A stretch of 64,000 bases of DNA, from positions 1,367 through 65,366 of IMG/VR virus record IMGVR_UViG_3300021256_000012. One strand, given 5' to 3'. The notes under the pieces are model-generated. The model was not told where the DNA came from. It did not search any database and saw nothing but the letters and a program-made list of their open reading frames with translations. This DNA comes from a virus (Duplodnaviria; Caudoviricetes). Positions 57,724-64,000 of the stretch are shown in pieces (the stretch's first letter is position 1; the number at the start of each line of letters is the position of its first letter). The position numbers and the translations under genes were made by a program.

Positions 57724-58305
57724 ATGATAGGCAAATTGATAAATTTATACAAACGACTCCGTTACGTATTGTACGAGACGGGGGATTACAATGTCAACCT
57801 CTTTGGTATACGTAACAGTAACGATACGCACTCCAATGGTTTCAACGATTATCTTGGTGTGCTGTACAGACTCAATGGTGAGTGGAAGATTTTTATGTGT
57901 GCGGGAACCACAGACCCAGGACTTACTTCACGTACTGTTCCTGTCAGTACCTTAGGCACAGCTATTCTCCCCTGTGGGCAGTATCCTAAGATGTTCCGCA
58001 TAGGAAAGCATAAGGGACAGTATGAGGCACTGGTGCAGAATACACCTGTCCCACTGTTTCGAGACCGTAATAAAGATGGAAAATTAGATTTCTGTAACTT
58101 ACAGCCCCCTGCTATGTGTGGTATAAATTTCCACAGAGCAAATGCAAATGTGAAGTCCAAGCAGGTTGACGGCTGGTCAGCTGGCTGTCAGGTAGTTGCT
58201 GACCCTAAGGACTTCGCTGAGATAATGCGGATTATTAAAGAGTCTGCCAAACGCTATGGGAATGTATTCACCTACACCCTTTTTGATATTAAGGATCTGG
58301 TATAG
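57724..58305 (+). CDS. endolysin candidate, L,D-transpeptidase (YkuD)-like cysteine peptidase
   Basis: H-x14-SAGC motif; heads the holin-spanin cluster. Confidence 0.7.
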   Translation: MIGKLINLYKRLRYVLYETGDYNVNLFGIRNSNDTHSNGFNDYLGVLYRLNGEWKIFMCAGTTDPGLTSRTVPVSTLGTAILPCGQYPKMFRIGKHKGQYEALVQNTPVPLFRDRNKDGKLDFCNLQPPAMCGINFHRANANVKSKQVDGWSAGCQVVADPKDFAEIMRIIKESAKRYGNVFTYTLFDIKDLV

Positions 58306-58317
58306 ACGGAGAGCAAC

Positions 58318-58647
58318 ATGTACGATGATTTAACACAGCTTATTATATGGAGTGCAGTGGGCGGTCTTTGCTGTGCCCTCACGTCGTATTTCGTTGTCGG
58401 CTGGCGTAAACCACGTCCTACCTTAAAGCACCGTGTCGAGTATTCTATCCTTAGCGGCATTGGTTCATTCGGTCTTATATGGGCTCTTCACCGTTTTTTC
58501 CCCGACCAGTTTATGCTCTATGACAGTCCAGCCGTGGGTATTTTCTCAGGTGCTGCTGGCATATCGAGAGTTCTATCACTATTTGCAAAGAAGCTGGGTA
58601 TAGATTCTGATATTCAGTTCTTAGACAACAAGGATAAAGATAGCTGA
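58318..58647 (+). CDS. holin
   Basis: Three hydrophobic segments, charged C-terminus. Confidence 0.65.
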   Translation: MYDDLTQLIIWSAVGGLCCALTSYFVVGWRKPRPTLKHRVEYSILSGIGSFGLIWALHRFFPDQFMLYDSPAVGIFSGAAGISRVLSLFAKKLGIDSDIQFLDNKDKDS

Positions 58648-58657
58648 GGTATGATAT

Positions 58658-58852
58658 ATGTCACGTATTTTGCTTGAGGTAATCGCTATGAGGCACAGTT
58701 TAAAACATTACTCAATGATAGGTCTGGCACTCCTGAGTGAGTTTGCCATTGCTTTTTTGTTTGTCTCCAATGGACTATTGTCATGGTACGGCTTCATAGC
58801 TCTAGGTTGCCTGCTGTTTGCAGTGACACACGATCATACAAGGGAAGCATGA
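58658..58852 (+). CDS. small 2-TM protein (holin or antiholin)
   Basis: Two TM helices in lysis cluster. Confidence 0.5.
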   Translation: MSRILLEVIAMRHSLKHYSMIGLALLSEFAIAFLFVSNGLLSWYGFIALGCLLFAVTHDHTREA

Positions 58853-58853
58853 C

Positions 58854-59336
58854 ATGATTAACAGGATTGTAATTGGCACAGGTTTATTGCTGGTGGGTTT
58901 CTGCTCTGGATGGCAGACACGTTCCTGGCAGTGCGAGCGTGACATGGCAGAACTTCAGGCACAGATGCAGACTGAGCTTAATGAGGCAAAGGATAATGCA
59001 CTGGTCTTATCACAGGAGCTTGCAGCCATTACTGCCATAGTGGACGAAGAGGGGTTGCAGAATGAGGACGATATTACTAATAGCTATCATGATTATCTTG
59101 AGTGGCTGCAGCAGCAGAACGATAGTACAGCCGGTGACAGTGAAGCCGGTGATCCCGGAACTGCCAGCGAGGCTAAAGACCCCTGCCCGTGCGGACAGTA
59201 TGCAGCGAGCAAACGAGCTTATGACAAACTACAGGAAAACATACTTACCATAACCCGTGACTGTGACATAACAGCGGTACGCTACAACGAGCTGTACCGT
59301 CTGCACAACGAGTTTATGGAACTGGTAAGCAAGTGA
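58854..59336 (+). CDS. Rz: inner-membrane spanin
   Basis: N-terminal TM plus coiled coil; contains nested lipoprotein gene. Confidence 0.8.
   Translation: MINRIVIGTGLLLVGFCSGWQTRSWQCERDMAELQAQMQTELNEAKDNALVLSQELAAITAIVDEEGLQNEDDITNSYHDYLEWLQQQNDSTAGDSEAGDPGTASEAKDPCPCGQYAASKRAYDKLQENILTITRDCDITAVRYNELYRLHNEFMELVSK
59062..59253 (+). CDS. Rz1: outer-membrane spanin lipoprotein
   Basis: Nested frame, SD GAGG, lipobox LSGC, Pro-rich. Confidence 0.85.
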   Translation: MRTILLIAIMIILSGCSSRTIVQPVTVKPVIPELPARLKTPARADSMQRANELMTNYRKTYLP

Positions 59337-59343
59337 GGTGTTT

Positions 59344-59439
59344 ATGGTTTATCCCGCAGATCAGTCTTTTTGGTTGTGGCTATCTGCACGGGATGAGCAT
59401 TATTTAGCGCTCACAGGTGACTATTTTGACGACGAATAA
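59344..59439 (+). CDS. 31-aa peptide (not in track)
   Basis: SD GAGGTG. Confidence 0.4.
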   Translation: MVYPADQSFWLWLSARDEHYLALTGDYFDDE

Positions 59440-59469
59440 TTGTATAATTGATTAGAGGGGAATTATGCA

Positions 59470-59958
59470 ATGATTGAAGAACGCAAATGGGCTGACATAG
59501 CACATGACATTGCTATGCTGGCAGTACCGAGCAAGGGCGGTACAACGTATACGGCGCATGACATAGCGCAGGCACATCATATCTCGGACGCTGAGTTTAA
59601 GGCACTCCTGGCACTGCCTATGTTCCAGTCTATTGTGCAGGCTGAGGTTAAGCGTATCAAGGAGCTGGGGCCACAGGCGGGCGCACGCATACGTGCAGAG
59701 GCTATGGCTATCGAGCTGCAGGAAGAAATGTTCAAGAAGGCGGTGACTAATCAGCTTAATGACGACCTGTCGATTAAACTTTTAGGTATGCTCTTAAAGT
59801 CTTCAGGGCTTGAGCAGCCTCCTGAGGTTGTTAAAGCACAGGCTGCGGCGCAGGGTAATACGGTGAACATTGCCTTTAATATCCCTAAGATGAACAATCC
59901 TAAGCTTAAACATTTAATCAATCAGCCACAGGTTAATGTGGTAGACGCAGAGGACTAG
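59470..59958 (+). CDS. terminase small subunit candidate
   Basis: HTH-like N-terminus, upstream of large terminase. Confidence 0.55.
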   Translation: MIEERKWADIAHDIAMLAVPSKGGTTYTAHDIAQAHHISDAEFKALLALPMFQSIVQAEVKRIKELGPQAGARIRAEAMAIELQEEMFKKAVTNQLNDDLSIKLLGMLLKSSGLEQPPEVVKAQAAAQGNTVNIAFNIPKMNNPKLKHLINQPQVNVVDAED

Positions 59959-59961
59959 ACC

Positions 59962-60336
59962 ATGCTAAGAGATCACATTCAACCTATACAGTACCATTGC
60001 AGCGGTATTCCATTAGAGATTAGAAAACAGCTTAATGTACTGGCACTGGCTAAGACAATTAAAATGGACGAGGGTGTCCGTATTAAGCTTTTAGATCAGG
60101 CACTTGAGCTTTATGAGAAACTTTTAGATCAGTGTGAGAAGTATGAGAAGATTGGAGATGCACGCTGTCCTGTGGAGAAAGAGGAGCATGCTGCTGAAAT
60201 TCTCGCACATCAGATTATAGATTTGGCATATATCCACAATGCAATCTGTTCAAGCGGTCATCAGCTGGGGGAGTTCCCATACAATGACCTCGTAGACAAG
60301 ATATTTGGAGCTAAAGAGGAAAGCATATGCAAGTAG
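59962..60336 (+). CDS. hypothetical protein
   Basis: Between small and large terminase genes. Confidence 0.55.
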   Translation: MLRDHIQPIQYHCSGIPLEIRKQLNVLALAKTIKMDEGVRIKLLDQALELYEKLLDQCEKYEKIGDARCPVEKEEHAAEILAHQIIDLAYIHNAICSSGHQLGEFPYNDLVDKIFGAKEESICK

Positions 60337-61913
60337 TCGAGGGCTTCAAATATGTGCCCACTGAAACGGGCATAAAATTCCATGAGTCAGACGCTAAGGT
60401 AAAGTTGGTAGTAGGTCCATTTGGTTCGGGTAAATCATGTATGGTGATGAATGACGCCCTGTTCTATTGTTTGGCACAGACTCCGGCTTCTGACGGCGTT
60501 CGTTATACGCGTATTGCGGTTATTCGTGGTACATATCCTGAGTTACAGTCTACTACTCGTAAGTCATTGATGGAGGTTTTTCCTGCACAGTTTGGAACTA
60601 TGAAAGAAAGTGGTGCTCCTATATCGGGGCATTATTTCTTCCCTGTAGGTGATGGTCCTTATGATTATAGGGAACAGGGTAGACCATGGCATGAAGGTGA
60701 TGGCACGTACTGTAATGTAGAAATTGAAATGTATGCAGTTCCTGATATGTTTGCAACTGAGAAGGTTAAGTCTCTCAATGCATCCCTAGCAATTATCAAT
60801 GAAGGAACGTCAGTCACTAAGGAAGTTGTGGCTGCGCTAATGGGACGTGTAGGACGTTACCCTCCTGAGAGCATGGGTGGCTGTTCTTATTCTGGTATTC
60901 TTATAGATACCAACCAGCCAGTGCAGGGTCATTTTTTACTTGATTATATTGAACACCCTTTACCAGGTTGGGCAGTATTTAAACAGCCGCCAGCAGCATT
61001 CAAACATGTAGATGATAGTAATCAGGCTACCTATGAGTTGAACCGTAGTGCTGAGAATTTGTGTAATCTTGGTTCTGCACAGAAACCTGAAGGTTTCAAT
61101 AAGTGGGATGACGCACGTAAGCATGAATGGTTCATAGAAAGAGGATTGTCTTATTATCAGTCACAGATTGATTTACATCTTAAGAACGGTCGCCCTGATT
61201 TGGTTGACTCTTTGTTCTGTATGAAGGACGTACCTATTCAGGATGGCAAGCCTGTGTTCACTATGTTTAATGCAAACTTACATGTGTCACATAGTGAAAT
61301 ACAGCCTATTCCTTATAAGAATGCTATAGTAGGATATGATACTTCAGGTATTCATCCTGCGTCTGTTTTCATGCAGGAACAGAATGGTAAATGGGTTGTG
61401 TTGGACGAACTCTATGGCGAAGATATGGGTATGGAAGCATTCTTGGATAAAGCCTTAATGCCACTAATTGCGGAGAAATACTATAATTGTAATATCGTAG
61501 TATCATGTGACCCAGCTAATGCTAAAGACAGTTATACAGGTTTATCTCCAAGTCAGCATCTACAGGATAGAGGTCTACCTGTGTATATGCCGAAAACAAA
61601 CGATCCGAAGACTCGTGTCAATGGTGTGGAAAATCTGTTGAATAAAAATGTTGGTGGTCTGCTTATAAGTTCTAACTGTAAGTTCTTGATTAAAGCTATG
61701 CAGGGTGGCTATCATTTTAAGCGGATGCGTTTGACTGGTTCAATTGAAGAAGCTTATGACTCACGTCCTGAGAAGAACAAGTATTCTCACGTAGCGGACG
61801 CTCTACAGTATGCCTGTCTGTGTATACAGCGTGACGATTATATAAATTATGATGCACGTCCACTCATTAAGGAGACTACACGTAGGCGTAAAGTATTACG
61901 GAGGATTATGTAA
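60327..61913 (+). CDS. terL: terminase large subunit
   Basis: GPFGSGKS Walker A, IINE Walker B, VGYD...HP and HVADALQY nuclease motifs. Confidence 0.92.
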   Translation: MQVVEGFKYVPTETGIKFHESDAKVKLVVGPFGSGKSCMVMNDALFYCLAQTPASDGVRYTRIAVIRGTYPELQSTTRKSLMEVFPAQFGTMKESGAPISGHYFFPVGDGPYDYREQGRPWHEGDGTYCNVEIEMYAVPDMFATEKVKSLNASLAIINEGTSVTKEVVAALMGRVGRYPPESMGGCSYSGILIDTNQPVQGHFLLDYIEHPLPGWAVFKQPPAAFKHVDDSNQATYELNRSAENLCNLGSAQKPEGFNKWDDARKHEWFIERGLSYYQSQIDLHLKNGRPDLVDSLFCMKDVPIQDGKPVFTMFNANLHVSHSEIQPIPYKNAIVGYDTSGIHPASVFMQEQNGKWVVLDELYGEDMGMEAFLDKALMPLIAEKYYNCNIVVSCDPANAKDSYTGLSPSQHLQDRGLPVYMPKTNDPKTRVNGVENLLNKNVGGLLISSNCKFLIKAMQGGYHFKRMRLTGSIEEAYDSRPEKNKYSHVADALQYACLCIQRDDYINYDARPLIKETTRRRKVLRRIM

Positions 61914-63886
61914 TGGAAGATTCCAAGATAAGTTCTACAGGTGTATATGACTACGCCCGCGATAACATAGAAGTACCTGAGGCTTCGCTTGATAAGCTGG
62001 CACGTACTGTTATTACACGTTTCAATGAGGCTGCACGCTGGCAGACTATGGAACGTCTCGGCAACCGTAACCTACGCGAGACCCTTAGAGATTGCTATGA
62101 GCAGTATAACGGTATACTTGGACCTGCTGACAGAGAGATTGTGGAGGAGCTTGGAGTTGACGCTTACGTGAACCTCACCGCTATGAAGTCAGGGTTGGTG
62201 CAGTCTTATTTGTTGGAGTCTCTAGTTCAGGCAAATCAGATACCATGGGTGATTGAGCCTACACCTGTCTCAGACTTATCAGCTTCCAACGAGGAAGAGG
62301 CTGCCAATCAGCTGCTTCAAACATTGTCAGCGTCCCCTATGGCATTACAGCCTAATGATGTGCTGGCACTTGCCAAGACTATCAAGTCTGACTTTATACG
62401 TAAACAGCAGGACATTGCCAAGAGCTGTGCTGAGAACATGGAAAGGCTTATCACTGATCAGTGTATCGAGGGTGGGTGGAACAACGCTATGTACTCATTC
62501 ACCTCAGATTTCACGGTTTATCCTTATGCAGTCCTGCAGGGTCCAGTGCCTGTGGTTAAGGCAAGACCTGTATGGAACGGTAATATCTACACCGTGAAGC
62601 AGGAAACTTTCTACGAGTTCAAGTCTGTGTCTCCATGGGACTTTTGGTATTCACCTGACAGCCCTGACACACAGCGTGGTACAGGTGTGTTTGTGCGTCA
62701 GCGTTGGACAAGACGCCAGCTTCTTGACGCTATGCGTATGCCTTCTTATAACGTTGATAATATCAAGGTGGTTCTTGAAGAGTCGTCACGTACAGATTTT
62801 ATTTTCCGATGGCTGTCTGAGAACCCTGAGCAGCCGGATGAGAGACTGTTGAACTGGAACAACTGTACTGCTACCGTTGACGTGCTGATCCACTATGGCT
62901 ATTTCAAGGGCTCTGAGCTTAGGGATTATGGCGTTACCGACGTTGAGGATCTTGAGTTTTACAACGCACAGGTAACTGTTATCGGTAAGCATACTATTCA
63001 GGTGATTGTGCATAAGAACCCTAATCTTAATATCAGACCTATATTTACTTCAAGTTTCTATAAGACACAGGACAGAATACCAAGTTATTCTATTGCACAG
63101 CGTTTACGTGACGTAGAGCGTGCCTATATGTGTGCGCTACGCTATCTGATGATTAACGCTTACAACTCCTCAGGTCCTATCACCGAGGCCGATTACACAC
63201 GTCTTGCTAAGTATATGAGCAATGATGATATGAACAAGGTTGTGCCTAACACCGTGTACCTTGCTTCTGCTGACGTACCAACCTCAAACCCTGCGCTGCG
63301 TTTCTACACAGTGCCAAGCGCTGTACCACAGTATCAGGCAATGATGTCCTACTTCATGGACTTAGCCGATAGGGTAACCAATATCCCTGCTGCACTGCAT
63401 GGAACTGCTGTAGGCTCCGGTGCTAACCGTACCTTCCGTGGTGCTGCTATGCTGCAGGGCAATGCGGTGAAAGCTATTCAGGCGTCCGTTGCCAATATTG
63501 ACGAGTATATATTCAAACCAATGGGTGAGCTGCTGTATAACTACAACATGGTTTATTCCAAGGATGAGAGCGTCAAGGGTGACTGCCGTATTTCCGCATG
63601 TGGCGCAACAGGACTTATGCAGCGTGAAATCAACCGTCAGAACTCTTACGAAATTCTACAGTTGGTTGGCTCTGCAGGTCAGCAGATTATGCAGATGCCT
63701 AAGGGTACAGAGATTATTACATGGGCTCTGAAGAACGTTCTCGGTAACATGGGTATACCTAAAGATTTACTTGATGCACAGGGGCAAACGCCACAGGCAC
63801 AGCAGGCTATGCAGGAGGCTAATGCAGAAGGTCAGGCATTATCTTCAGGGGCTGCACTTGCGACACAAGTACCACAATCTGAATAA
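61913..63886 (+). CDS. portal protein
   Basis: 657 aa directly after terL; SPWDF, IPAALHG motifs. Confidence 0.85.
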   Translation: MEDSKISSTGVYDYARDNIEVPEASLDKLARTVITRFNEAARWQTMERLGNRNLRETLRDCYEQYNGILGPADREIVEELGVDAYVNLTAMKSGLVQSYLLESLVQANQIPWVIEPTPVSDLSASNEEEAANQLLQTLSASPMALQPNDVLALAKTIKSDFIRKQQDIAKSCAENMERLITDQCIEGGWNNAMYSFTSDFTVYPYAVLQGPVPVVKARPVWNGNIYTVKQETFYEFKSVSPWDFWYSPDSPDTQRGTGVFVRQRWTRRQLLDAMRMPSYNVDNIKVVLEESSRTDFIFRWLSENPEQPDERLLNWNNCTATVDVLIHYGYFKGSELRDYGVTDVEDLEFYNAQVTVIGKHTIQVIVHKNPNLNIRPIFTSSFYKTQDRIPSYSIAQRLRDVERAYMCALRYLMINAYNSSGPITEADYTRLAKYMSNDDMNKVVPNTVYLASADVPTSNPALRFYTVPSAVPQYQAMMSYFMDLADRVTNIPAALHGTAVGSGANRTFRGAAMLQGNAVKAIQASVANIDEYIFKPMGELLYNYNMVYSKDESVKGDCRISACGATGLMQREINRQNSYEILQLVGSAGQQIMQMPKGTEIITWALKNVLGNMGIPKDLLDAQGQTPQAQQAMQEANAEGQALSSGAALATQVPQSE

Positions 63887-63963
63887 ATAATGTATAGATT
63901 GTGTGTTACGCACAATATGTACCTAGTTTTTTGATATATACTATGATATATGAGAGGTGAATT

Positions 63964-64000
63964 ATGCTAGACGGTGTAGAAGTAAATATCGGCGACAAGG
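63964..64000 (+). CDS. 3'-truncated hypothetical protein
   Basis: SD GAGGTG; MLDGVEVNIGDK. Confidence 0.6.
   Translation, partial: MLDGVEVNIGDK

Noticed and set aside
59062-59253. Nested gene as a novelty
   Set aside because: Classic Rz/Rz1 embedded spanin architecture.
269-63731. Many antisense or alternate-frame track ORFs (e.g. 2595-2948, 16636-16998, 34418-34819, 39405-40037, 52537-52926)
   Set aside because: They overlap well-supported genes, lack SDs and have shadow-ORF composition.
1-64000. Genome-wide TAG reassignment (code 15), prompted by the TAG at 23748-23750 and in-frame TAG junctions at 11088 and 59958
   Set aside because: Long late genes, including 2586 codons, are uninterrupted in code 11, and several TAG stops are followed by proper SD/ATG starts.

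Overview
The window is nearly a whole (about 64-65 kb) genome of a short-tailed (podovirus-type) dsDNA phage of a Gram-negative host. Host clues: spanin pair, sigma70 consensus promoters, IHF and boxA motifs and an NrdD-like peptide, which suggest (inference) an anaerobic gut or rumen Gammaproteobacterium. It has three blocks. (1) 1-21971 (+): head, tail and ejection genes (scaffold, major capsid, adaptors, nozzle, virion lysozyme, a 2586-aa internal protein). (2) 22061-49150 (-): early and replication arm (PolA, two MTase genes, Cas4-like and VRR-NUC nucleases, primase-helicase, SSB, SNF2 helicase, many small acidic proteins) driven by tandem consensus promoters. (3) 51551-64000 (+): tail fibres, lysis, terminase and portal. 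A roughly 2.4 kb mostly non-coding control region (49150-51550) separates the divergent arms. I recognised no integrase, repressor, invertase, reverse transcriptase, tRNA or CRISPR array. Best candidates for new biology: (a) a tail-fibre tip-switching locus with a silent, back-to-back inverted alternative tip, synonymously recoded ends and a repeated 20-bp candidate crossover site but no phage recombinase; (b) a stand-alone 53-aa class III RNR glycyl-radical peptide; (c) a 127-aa gene overprinted inside the giant ejection protein; (d) a control region with rrn-type boxA, IHF sites, nested inverted repeats and a parS-like palindrome. All protein assignments are from motif recognition by eye; no database searches were run.
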